From Bacteroidota bacterium (lineage in GTDB: Bacteria > Bacteroidota > Bacteroidia > AKYH767-A > OLB10), in the NCBI GenBank assembly GCA_040007375.1, contig JBDTVD010000002.1:1-38888 (forward strand): a DNA stretch of 38,888 nt, read 5' to 3'. Below are positions 27,695-35,449 of the stretch, piece after piece. The translations under genes were made by a program, and so were the position numbers. The notes beneath the pieces were generated by a model. The model searched no databases, was not told the origin of the DNA, and saw nothing but the letters and a program-made list of their open reading frames with translations. Position 1 is the stretch's first letter; every line of letters begins with the position of its first letter.

Positions 27695-28096
27695 TTATTC
27701 AATTACACAACGTACCATCACCACATCCATCAGCATACCGGTACAAACGCCTTTTATTTTAATTTCATCTCCTGTCTTTAATGTCTTAACCTTAACATCA
27801 TCTGCTTCTATTTTACAGATCACACCAAACATATCCGATGCTGTTTTAAGAGTTACGATATTCAATCCATCTTCCACTGCAATATTGGTTACCACACCTG
27901 AAATAGAAATGATTTTATCAAGGTATTTTGCATTTGCTTTATTTTCATCTTTTGCAAATTCATTAAAAAGATCTTCCGACCGTATTCCAAGATCTGCACT
28001 TTTTGCAGCAGTACTTTTTACCGGTTTGTTGTAAAGATAAAAGCCAGTGATAGAACCCAGACAGGCAATCACTAAAAGGATTTTTACATATTTCAT
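27695..28096 (-). CDS. Membrane-anchored OB-fold protein (tRNA_anti-like family)
   Basis: 133 aa with N-terminal anchor MKYVKILLVIACLGSITGFYLY, then DLFNEFAKDENKANAKYLDKIISISGVVTNI...IVTLKT...VICKI...GDEIKIKGVCTG. This matches the pattern of the Bacteroidota tRNA_anti-like OB-fold family. Confidence 0.6.
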   Translation of the reverse strand: MKYVKILLVIACLGSITGFYLYNKPVKSTAAKSADLGIRSEDLFNEFAKDENKANAKYLDKIISISGVVTNIAVEDGLNIVTLKTASDMFGVICKIEADDVKVKTLKTGDEIKIKGVCTGMLMDVVMVRCVIE

Positions 28097-28113
28097 CTTG
28101 TTGTATTTTTAAT

Positions 28114-28467
28114 TTAATTATTCAATGAACCATTTTCAATCCATCGTTGAACAGCCAGTATATCACAGGCCGACATCGGTCCTGCAGGTGGCATATCCTT
28201 TTGCACAACTGCACGCGTCATGATCAATGCAGAATTAGCGGACACATTAGTATAATTTGTCAGATCCGGTGGATTTCCTCCAGCAACATGACAACCGGGA
28301 ATTGCACAGTTAGCCGACATAACAGGAGAAATCTTTGCAGCATAACCGGTAACTGTGGTATCACAATTTGCTGTTCCTCCATTACCAGGATATAATTCAT
28401 CAGCCACATCATAATAACATCCGCCAATCAGAACACAAGAACTCAGTATCAATATTAATTTTCTCAC
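28114..28467 (-). CDS. Lipoprotein with one PSCyt1-like (cytochrome-c-type) domain, non-canonical C-x4-CH motif
   Basis: Lipobox-like N-terminus MRKLILILSSCVLIGGC. The domain is ISPVMSANCAIPGCHVAGG...DMPPAGPMSACDILAVQRWIENGSLNN, with the pattern C..CH ... MPP ... WI..G. Confidence 0.5.
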   Translation of the reverse strand: MRKLILILSSCVLIGGCYYDVADELYPGNGGTANCDTTVTGYAAKISPVMSANCAIPGCHVAGGNPPDLTNYTNVSANSALIMTRAVVQKDMPPAGPMSACDILAVQRWIENGSLNN

Positions 28468-28497
28468 AGTATTATTTTTATGGCTAAGATAATTAAG

Positions 28498-29253
28498 TTA
28501 ATTGTTTTGTGTTCCTTCTGCTATCCAGTTTCGGATCACTCCAATTTCACATATTGATAACATAGCACTGTTCTTAGGCATCGGCGAATATCCTGTAAGA
28601 TGCTGTATCGTTCCCAACAGTTTTCCATTTGCAACCTGTGCAGCAACCGTAGCATAACTGTTTAATACTATTCCACCACCAGGATTAGCTCCTGAATGAC
28701 ATCCTTTACATTTATTATTTACAAGTGGTGTTACATCCGCAGTATAAGAAACAGTTGTTGAATCGCAGGTAGTGTTAGTACAGGAAAGATTTTGCGCACC
28801 CTGTTGTATCCAGGTTTGAATTAAATTTATCTGTTGTGATGTTAATGGTGAATTGGGTGCTGGTGGCATTCTATCATCAGGATCATTTGTAGTAAGTACT
28901 TCCATTAAATCACCTGCTGAAGGACGGAATGGTTCTACGTCTGCAGTGTTCATTACGTTTATATATGAATCGAGAATTATTCCTTCTTCATGTGATGCTG
29001 CATCATGACAACCACTTTTTGCACAGTTGGAAACCAGTAATGGCAAAACCTGTGAATTGAAATAAACTGTTCCCGGATCGCAGGAAGTACCGTTATTTCC
29101 GTTATTATTATTTCCGTTATTAGTGTTATTGTTATCCGTTCCTGTAGAAACAGAAGGTAACATCGGAAGATCATGTTTACAGGAAGTAATGAAAAGCAAT
29201 ACCAATATAATTACCACCATCAAACCTGCTTCCCTTGCTCCTGTTAATTTCAT
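28498..29253 (-). CDS. Lipoprotein with two tandem PSCyt1-like domains behind an Asn-rich linker
   Basis: The track start 29277 is a TTG. ATG 29253 gives MKLTGAREAGLMVVIILVLLFITSC (lipobox). Linker is TDNNNTNNGNNNNGNNGTS. Domain 1 is VLPLLVSNCAKSGCHDAASHEEG...RMPPAPNSPLTSQQINLIQTWIQQGAQN. Domain 2 is VTPLVNNKCKGCHSGANPGGG...SPMPKNSAMLSICEIGVIRNWIAEGTQNN, with a canonical CxxCH. Confidence 0.55.
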   Translation of the reverse strand: MKLTGAREAGLMVVIILVLLFITSCKHDLPMLPSVSTGTDNNNTNNGNNNNGNNGTSCDPGTVYFNSQVLPLLVSNCAKSGCHDAASHEEGIILDSYINVMNTADVEPFRPSAGDLMEVLTTNDPDDRMPPAPNSPLTSQQINLIQTWIQQGAQNLSCTNTTCDSTTVSYTADVTPLVNNKCKGCHSGANPGGGIVLNSYATVAAQVANGKLLGTIQHLTGYSPMPKNSAMLSICEIGVIRNWIAEGTQNN

Positions 29254-29260
29254 ATCAAAG

Positions 29261-29268
29261 CAAAAGTA
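29261..29268 (-). promoter_or_regulatory. Bacteroidota -7 box candidate (TACTTTTG) ahead of the PSCyt-like lipoprotein genes
   Basis: Exact TAnnTTTG on the minus strand, 7 nt upstream of ATG 29253, near the only sizeable gap (85 bp) of the eight-gene cluster. It would imply a very short or absent leader. Confidence 0.3.
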
Positions 29269-29362
29269 CTGTGACAAACAGAAGCTTCCCGACGAAATTA
29301 GCTGAATGAGAAAAACTACCTTCTGAGTTGGTACTATCCTTTCACACCATAATTTACAGTAA

Positions 29363-30124
29363 TCAGATTTCTTTCTTTCCTGTAAGCCATTCTTTAAAAT
29401 GAGGCGAGCGGTCAGTACTTACAATCGTCTCTATTTCAGATGCTGGTTTCAGTAAAATTTTCACTCGTGATTTACTCCATGCCAGCATTTTTTCTATGGA
29501 TGCAATGTTCACTATGAATTGTCTGTTGATGCGGAAAAATTCAGCAGGATCAACCAGTTGTTCCAGTTCATCAAGATTAAAATCTACAGGATAACGAAGA
29601 CTTTGATACGTACATAAATAATTAATTTTATCTTCTGTATAAAAATAGGCAACGTCTTTTACCTCTACCATTTTAATATTCTCACCAAACCTAATGATGA
29701 TTCTTTTCTGATAATCTTTTCTTCCATCCAGCAACTGATTAATGATCTTACTCATATCAGAAGATTCCGGTTTCATTCGTTTATACTTATCCAGTGCATT
29801 GCGCAGATCATCCTTTTTAACAGGCTTCAATATATAATCAATGCTGTTTACTTTAAATGCATCAATGGCATACTGATCAAATGCTGTTACAAAAATTATC
29901 GGACAGGTAATATTTATCTTTTTAAATATTTCAAAACTCGATCCGTCGGAAAGATTAATATCCATAAAAACGAGATCAGGCATTTTATTATCATTAAACC
30001 ATTTTATGGATGCATTTACAGAATTTAATGTTGCAATAATTTCTGCAGATGGTTCCATTTCACTGATCATGCGTATTAATCGTTCTGCAGCCAGTTCTTC
30101 GTCTTCAATAATAAGTGTTTTCAT
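29363..30124 (-). CDS. LytR/AlgR-family response regulator (receiver + LytTR DNA-binding domain)
   Basis: Receiver domain: MKTLIIEDEE...DLVFMDINLSDGSSFEIF...IIFVTAF. C-terminal LytTR domain: FFRINRQFIVNIASIEKM. Confidence 0.9.
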   Translation of the reverse strand: MKTLIIEDEELAAERLIRMISEMEPSAEIIATLNSVNASIKWFNDNKMPDLVFMDINLSDGSSFEIFKKINITCPIIFVTAFDQYAIDAFKVNSIDYILKPVKKDDLRNALDKYKRMKPESSDMSKIINQLLDGRKDYQKRIIIRFGENIKMVEVKDVAYFYTEDKINYLCTYQSLRYPVDFNLDELEQLVDPAEFFRINRQFIVNIASIEKMLAWSKSRVKILLKPASEIETIVSTDRSPHFKEWLTGKKEI

Positions 30125-30131
30125 AGTTTTT

Positions 30132-33026
30132 TTAAATTAAGGGAATTGTTATGGAGAAAAAATCCTGATCATAAGAGATCAATACTTTTTCTGTACTGAG
30201 TATTTTATAACGGTTAATGATATTCTGCAATCCTATGCCAGTAGAAATCTCCGGTGTAAGTTTAACATTTATATTATTTTTTACTGTGATGGCATTACCG
30301 CTTGCCTGAAATACTTCCACTGTTAACGGTGTTTCCCTGGATACTGCATTATGCTTTATGGCATTTTCAATGAGCAGTTGCAATGATAAAGGAGGAACTT
30401 TTCCACTGTCGAGCAACTTTTCACTCAGATTGATCTGCAACCTCAGATGTTCACCAAAACGTTTTTTCTGAAGATAGTAATATGTCTTCACCATTTCTAT
30501 TTCATCACGCAACATGATGGTTTCCTTTTCACGATGCTGAATCATATTGCGGAAATAATCAGAAAGTTTTTCTACATATTCAATCGCAACATCTTTATCT
30601 TTTTCGATGATAGCAATCAATGTATTAAAACTATTAAAAAGAAAATGCGGATTCACCTGACTCTTTAATGTTTCAAAACGATACTCAACACTTTCCTTTT
30701 TCAATGCTTCAATTCCTTTCAATCGCTTATCACGGTTTCTGATGATAATAATTCCGGCAATAATAATAAGGACAATAACAGAAGTGATAAACCAGTTTTC
30801 TTTCCATGCCGGTTTTCTGATGAAGAAACTATAGTCTGTAGTTTCAGAAACGGTGAAGCTCGGACTTAACGATGCCCTCACTTTAAAATCATATTTCCCG
30901 GGAGGAAGATTAGGAAAAACTACCTGTTTATCAGATGTTGAAATCCAGTTGGAGTTATATCCTTCGAGCATGTACTGGTAATTAATCCTTGCAGGATCAG
31001 TGTACCAGATGCCGGTAAAATCAAAAACAAAACTATTCTGGTTATAGGCAAACTCATGCTTTGAAACCTGGTTGTGCCTGCTTCCAATAAGTGTAACATT
31101 ACTTAACACTACTTCCGGTCCGGCAGGATTTATATTTAATATCGGATTATATATAACAATTCCTTTTTCAGTTCCAATCCATACGCTGCCTGACTGATCA
31201 ACAGTAATAGAATTCAGATCAGGATTTATTTCCGACAGATTATTTTCTGCACCATAGAAATCAATTTTACCGGTTGATGTATGCAGTATGTCAATACCCT
31301 TTTTATGCACCATCACAATCCTGTCGAATGATACATATTTCAAAGCAGTAATGGTAAGCTCTCTCAACCCCTCTGCTTTTCCATAATTATGAAAAGTACG
31401 ACCATCAAACCTGCAGATTCCTTCGCCGGGAGTGCTGAACCATATTGCTCCTTTATTATCTTCCGTTATGCTGTAAACGGTGTTGCTTCTTAATCCCTGT
31501 TCTGTAGAATAATTATAATACTTTCCGTTGGTATAACAGGTCAATCCTTTTTTATCCGTTCCAAACCATACTCTGTTGCGTGAATCGACAAAAACGGTAT
31601 ATATATAAAAGTTTCCAAGTGTTGCTTCTGTGTCTAGTTTAGTTATCTCCACATCTGGTTTATCTGTTAAACAGGATCCTTTGATCTTACAATAAAATGC
31701 ACCACCAAATGTAGCCAGCCATACTTCATCACCACTTCCATCAATAGATAAAATACTGGCATCATTCAGATCCGGATTACTGATGCGTTGTACAGTTCCT
31801 GTTATTGTATTAAGCCGGAATAAACCACCACCCATTGTACCAACCCACAGATACCCGCATTCGTCTTCATACAGACTTACAATATCAATTAAACTTGTAC
31901 CGGCAGTAATGGTATAATGCCTGATGTTACCACCTTTTGTATTGAAACTAAGCAGTCCCTGATCAGGAGTGAGATATATATCATTCGATCCACTGCAGTA
32001 AACGGTGTGTACATAATTAATTTTTTCTTTACCTATAGCATTCATAAAAGTAAGCCAGTGACTATGTGAACGAATGAGTCCTGTACCGGAAGCCATCCAG
32101 AGATTTTCTTCCGGATCGGAAATAACTTTTCTGATATCGTTAAAAGTAAATTCACCATAACCGGAATAATTAATCAGTGAAGAAGATGCTGTCATATCTA
32201 AATAAAATACACCGGATCCTTCTGTTCCTAACCACAATTCATTTTTATTAAAATATATATCCAGAACAGGACCATGTTTCCAGTTACGGCTCCATTGCGG
32301 CATTTCAATTCTTTTTTCCTGCATTATATATCTGCACACACCGCTATCCTGTAATCCTATCCATATGTTTCCGTTTTTATCTTTTGTGAGATCTCGTATA
32401 ATAACATCAGGAAGCTGCTTATTAAAATTTAAAGCAGCTACTTTATAGGAAGCGCTATCTTTTATGAGCAACGTAATTCCCTGGTCAGTGCCGATCCATA
32501 TCCTTCCGGTATTATCTTCTTCAACAGTATAACAATAATCATCCTTAAGGCCTTCATTCATTCCAAAATGCCGGAGATGTTTGCCTTGAAAAATATATAC
32601 ACCATCACCACCTGTAGTAAACCACAATACACCATTATGATCTTCAAACACAGAAGTAATTTTATCTTTCGGTTTCATTTCTGAAACAAGTGATGTCAAT
32701 CCTGAATCTGTAACAAATGCAATAGTGCCGGAATTATAACCTGTCCAAACAATGCCTTTACTGTCAGTAAAAACTGCTGTTGCTTCATCAGGAGTTCCGG
32801 ATGATTTTAGAGCGAAAGAAATATAATCTGTTCCGTTATATTTTAACAACCCTTCTGTTGATGCCAGCCACAAAATTCTGTTAGTATCAATACTGAGGGA
32901 ATTAAATCCGAGGTTCAGGTTCTCGCGGTTTACAATCACCTGCTTAAAAAAAGGCGTCTGCGAATATGCAGATGAAACCTCCACAATCATATATAATAAA
33001 AAGAGCCGGTAAAATTTTTGTTTCAT
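30132..33026 (-). CDS. Sensor histidine kinase with periplasmic two-component-regulator propeller repeats + Y_Y_Y domain and a LytS-type (His_kinase) transmitter
   Basis: 964 aa with signal peptide MKQKFYRLFLLYMIVEVSSAYSQ. It has many Reg_prop-like repeats (G.LW.GT..GL..Y). The Y_Y_Y region is INYQYMLEGYNSNW...PPGKYDFKVRA. One TM helix (WFITSVIVLIIIAGIIII) is followed by the H-box NPHFLFNSFNTL and an ATPase region (LIENAIKHN...GIGLQNI). Confidence 0.9.
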   Translation of the reverse strand: MKQKFYRLFLLYMIVEVSSAYSQTPFFKQVIVNRENLNLGFNSLSIDTNRILWLASTEGLLKYNGTDYISFALKSSGTPDEATAVFTDSKGIVWTGYNSGTIAFVTDSGLTSLVSEMKPKDKITSVFEDHNGVLWFTTGGDGVYIFQGKHLRHFGMNEGLKDDYCYTVEEDNTGRIWIGTDQGITLLIKDSASYKVAALNFNKQLPDVIIRDLTKDKNGNIWIGLQDSGVCRYIMQEKRIEMPQWSRNWKHGPVLDIYFNKNELWLGTEGSGVFYLDMTASSSLINYSGYGEFTFNDIRKVISDPEENLWMASGTGLIRSHSHWLTFMNAIGKEKINYVHTVYCSGSNDIYLTPDQGLLSFNTKGGNIRHYTITAGTSLIDIVSLYEDECGYLWVGTMGGGLFRLNTITGTVQRISNPDLNDASILSIDGSGDEVWLATFGGAFYCKIKGSCLTDKPDVEITKLDTEATLGNFYIYTVFVDSRNRVWFGTDKKGLTCYTNGKYYNYSTEQGLRSNTVYSITEDNKGAIWFSTPGEGICRFDGRTFHNYGKAEGLRELTITALKYVSFDRIVMVHKKGIDILHTSTGKIDFYGAENNLSEINPDLNSITVDQSGSVWIGTEKGIVIYNPILNINPAGPEVVLSNVTLIGSRHNQVSKHEFAYNQNSFVFDFTGIWYTDPARINYQYMLEGYNSNWISTSDKQVVFPNLPPGKYDFKVRASLSPSFTVSETTDYSFFIRKPAWKENWFITSVIVLIIIAGIIIIRNRDKRLKGIEALKKESVEYRFETLKSQVNPHFLFNSFNTLIAIIEKDKDVAIEYVEKLSDYFRNMIQHREKETIMLRDEIEMVKTYYYLQKKRFGEHLRLQINLSEKLLDSGKVPPLSLQLLIENAIKHNAVSRETPLTVEVFQASGNAITVKNNINVKLTPEISTGIGLQNIINRYKILSTEKVLISYDQDFFSITIPLI

Positions 33027-33044
33027 GGAGTTGCTCCGGCGGAT

Positions 33045-33593
33045 TTATTTCTTCTTAAGTGCTGCTTTAATTTCAATCTTTATTTCGGAAGCTATTTTTT
33101 CATGCACAACTTTTGGCACTCTGATGTTATGGTCTTTCAGTGATACAGTAAAATTCGACTCCAGTTCCACACCATCTTTACCTGTAGTAAGCTGTGCTCT
33201 TATGATTCTTTCTTTTACAATACCATGCACCGTAAGTAATCCTTTTGCTCTTACCTGGTAAACACCGGGCACATTAAAATCAACTTCTTCAATAATTTTT
33301 CCTTTAAATGAAGTCAATGGATAAATATCTGATTCCATATAGTTTTCATTAAAATGTACACGCTGCAGGGAATTGTTAAATCCCTGGAAGGAACTGTTAA
33401 GCACCGTAAATACAAATGTTCTTTTTTCCTGATCAATAACTCCCTGCATCCTGGATGACTCCGCAGAAATCACTTCCAATGGCGCTTCAGAGCGGAATTT
33501 TACCGAAGAAGTGGTAACATAAAATAAGTTCGATTCCGAACCGGGAAAAATAATAGCCAGGCAAGCAATAATGGTAACCAGAAATAACTTCAT
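33045..33593 (-). CDS. YceI-family periplasmic protein (paralogue of 27116..27670)
   Basis: The track start 33623 is a TTG inside a TATCTTTG promoter-like box. ATG 33593 gives MKLFLVTIIACLAIIFPG (signal/anchor). Blocks HFNENYMESDIYPLTSFKG and LTVHGIVKE align with the other YceI gene. Confidence 0.75.
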   Translation of the reverse strand: MKLFLVTIIACLAIIFPGSESNLFYVTTSSVKFRSEAPLEVISAESSRMQGVIDQEKRTFVFTVLNSSFQGFNNSLQRVHFNENYMESDIYPLTSFKGKIIEEVDFNVPGVYQVRAKGLLTVHGIVKERIIRAQLTTGKDGVELESNFTVSLKDHNIRVPKVVHEKIASEIKIEIKAALKKK

Positions 33594-33620
33594 CCGGCAA
33601 TAATTATCTTCAACATTTAA

Positions 33621-33628
33621 CAAAGATA
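33621..33628 (-). promoter_or_regulatory. Bacteroidota -7 box candidate (TATCTTTG = TAnnTTTG) for the YceI-kinase-regulator genes
   Basis: Exact match to the TAnnTTTG consensus on the minus strand, 27 nt upstream of ATG 33593, in the divergent intergenic region shared with cysC. Confidence 0.35.
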
Positions 33629-33737
33629 ATCGGTTGATATCACATGGATATTATTCAGTTGCCGGAATGGTATTCTGTAATTTCTCAAGTACCTTCGCAG
33701 CGCCTGATAAAAATACAGGTACACTACTTTTTTTAAG

Positions 33738-34331
33738 ATGTCAACAAACATAGTAAGGCAACACTACAAAATCAGCAAGGACGACAGGCTGAAATCGTTA
33801 AACCAGAAACCACTTATTGTATGGCTTACAGGACTTTCCGGTTCCGGGAAATCCACTATAAGCGACAGGCTGGAACAGATTCTTCAGGAAAAAGGTTTTA
33901 AAACCTACCTGCTTGATGGTGATAATATAAGGCATGGGCTTAATAAGGATATCGACTTCAGTGAAGCCGGAAGGAAGGAGAATATCCGTCGTATTGGTGA
34001 GGTGGCCCGCCTTTTTATAGATGCCGGAATTATTGTTATCACTGCATTTATTTCCCCTTTTCGCGAGGACAGGAGTTTTGTACGCGGACTGGTTGGTGAA
34101 CAGGAATTCCTGGAGGTTTTCGTAAGTTGCCCGATTGAAGTGTGTGAAGCACGTGATGTAAAAGGGCTTTATGCAAAAGCACGGAAAGGAGAGATCCCTG
34201 CCTTCACCGGAATCAGTTCTCCCTTTGAAGAACCGGTGCAGGCTGAGGTAATAGTGCAATCCGATTTGCTGGATATTGAACAATGTGCAAACAAAATATT
34301 TGAAGAAGCGTATAAAAGAATCAAAGTATAA
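33738..34331 (+). CDS. cysC: Adenylyl-sulfate (APS) kinase
   Basis: 197 aa with P-loop WLTGLSGSGKSTI, LDGDNIRHGLN and FISPFREDR. Confidence 0.9.
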   Translation: MSTNIVRQHYKISKDDRLKSLNQKPLIVWLTGLSGSGKSTISDRLEQILQEKGFKTYLLDGDNIRHGLNKDIDFSEAGRKENIRRIGEVARLFIDAGIIVITAFISPFREDRSFVRGLVGEQEFLEVFVSCPIEVCEARDVKGLYAKARKGEIPAFTGISSPFEEPVQAEVIVQSDLLDIEQCANKIFEEAYKRIKV

Positions 34332-35242
34332 TGGAAATGATCCTCTACAATCTAAATCACCTTCGCTCACTGGAAGCTGAGGCAATATATATTATCCGTG
34401 AAACGGCAGCACAGTTTGATCGCCCGGCATTGTTATTCAGTGGTGGTAAAGACTCCATCGTGATGGCACATCTTGCAAGAAAAGCATTTTATCCTGCCCG
34501 TATTCCTTTCCCTTTTTTACATGTTGATACAGGACATAATTTTCCTGAAACAATTGAGTTTCGTGATCAGCTTGTTGAAAAAACCGGAGCACAGTTAATT
34601 GTTCGTTATGTTCAGGATAGTATTGATAAAGGAAGAGCAAAAGAAGAAAAAGGACCGAATTCAAGTCGTAATGTTTTGCAGACTGTAACATTACTTGATG
34701 CATTGGAAGAACTGAAAGTTGATGCAGCATTAGGTGGTGCACGTCGTGATGAAGAGAAAGCAAGAGCTAAAGAAAGATTCTTTTCACATCGTGATGAATT
34801 CGGACAGTGGGATCCAAAGAATCAGCGTCCTGAATTATGGAATTTATTAAATGGCCGTAAAAATGTAGGTGAGCATTTCCGAGTGTTTCCATTAAGTAAC
34901 TGGACAGAAATGGATGTTTGGCAATATATAAAGCTGGAGAAGCTGGATATACCAACCATCTACTTCACACATCGCAGAGATTGCGTAGATCGTGATGGAA
35001 TGATATTATATGTTTCAGATTTTATTACTGTAAGAGCAGGAGAAGAAATCAGCAACCGTGTGGTGCGTTACCGTACAGTGGGTGATATGACCTGTACTGG
35101 TGCTGTTGAATCCCTTGCATCATCCATCGATGAAATTATTGATGAAATAGCAACCAGCAGAACAACAGAACGCGGAACAAGATCAGATGATAAGAGAAGT
35201 GAAACTGCAATGGAAGACAGAAAGAAAGCAGGATACTTTTAA
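34331..35242 (+). CDS. cysD: Sulfate adenylyltransferase subunit 2
   Basis: 303 aa with LESEAI-like LEAEAIYIIRE, PP-loop LFSGGKDSIVM, and RVFPLSNWTEMDVWQYI. The ATG overlaps the cysC stop (TAATG). Confidence 0.95.
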   Translation: MEMILYNLNHLRSLEAEAIYIIRETAAQFDRPALLFSGGKDSIVMAHLARKAFYPARIPFPFLHVDTGHNFPETIEFRDQLVEKTGAQLIVRYVQDSIDKGRAKEEKGPNSSRNVLQTVTLLDALEELKVDAALGGARRDEEKARAKERFFSHRDEFGQWDPKNQRPELWNLLNGRKNVGEHFRVFPLSNWTEMDVWQYIKLEKLDIPTIYFTHRRDCVDRDGMILYVSDFITVRAGEEISNRVVRYRTVGDMTCTGAVESLASSIDEIIDEIATSRTTERGTRSDDKRSETAMEDRKKAGYF

Positions 35243-35286
35243 ATTATAAATTCTAAATTATAGATTATAAATTATTTCTCAGCGAA
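35241..35286. repeat. 46-nt AT-rich direct repeat, copy 1 (cysD-cysN spacer)
   Basis: aaattataaattctaaattatagattataaattatttctcagcgaa. Identical at 42 of 46 positions to 35331-35376, exactly 90 bp downstream. Confidence 0.9.
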
Positions 35287-35330
35287 CTCATAAACACTGT
35301 TAGCTCTGCGTGAAAAAAAAAATAAAATAG

Positions 35331-35376
35331 AAATTATAAATTCAAGATTATAAATTAGAAATTATTTCTCAGCGAA
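35331..35376. repeat. 46-nt AT-rich direct repeat, copy 2
   Basis: aaattataaattcaagattataaattagaaattatttctcagcgaa. Mismatches to copy 1 occur only at repeat positions 14, 16, 23 and 28. Both copies are followed by a g(c/g)gtgaaaaa tail. Confidence 0.9.
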
Positions 35377-35415
35377 ATTTCGGGTGAAAAATAATATATA
35401 TAAAAGTTTGACAAA

Positions 35416-35446
35416 ATCGTAATTCATAAATCGTAAATCGTAAATC
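35416..35446. repeat. Heptamer tandem repeat (atcgtaa)n ending 3 nt before the cysN ATG
   Basis: atcgtaa ttcataa atcgtaa atcgtaa atc: four units in phase (one degenerate) plus a partial fifth. Confidence 0.8.
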
Positions 35447-35449
35447 AAA

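Noticed and set aside
33624-33737. SAM/sulfur-responsive riboswitch or leader upstream of cysC
   Set aside because: The 114-bp region is too short, and I could not find the conserved SAM-I core or any extended stem structure. The only feature is a 5-bp inverted repeat, atatc-acatg-gatat.
33798-34385. 195-aa minus-strand ORF covering almost all of cysC
   Set aside because: It lies exactly antisense to a gene with unambiguous APS-kinase motifs. Its translation is low-complexity and Cys/Phe/Lys-rich with no recognisable motif. Long stop-free antisense frames are a known by-product of codon usage. There is no independent promoter or start context.
35241-35376. Possible CRISPR array or transposon terminal repeats
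   Set aside because: There are only two copies of an AT-rich direct (not inverted) repeat. Its internal sub-repeat structure is unlike CRISPR repeats. No cas, transposase or integrase genes occur anywhere in the window, and there are no target-site-duplication-like flanks.
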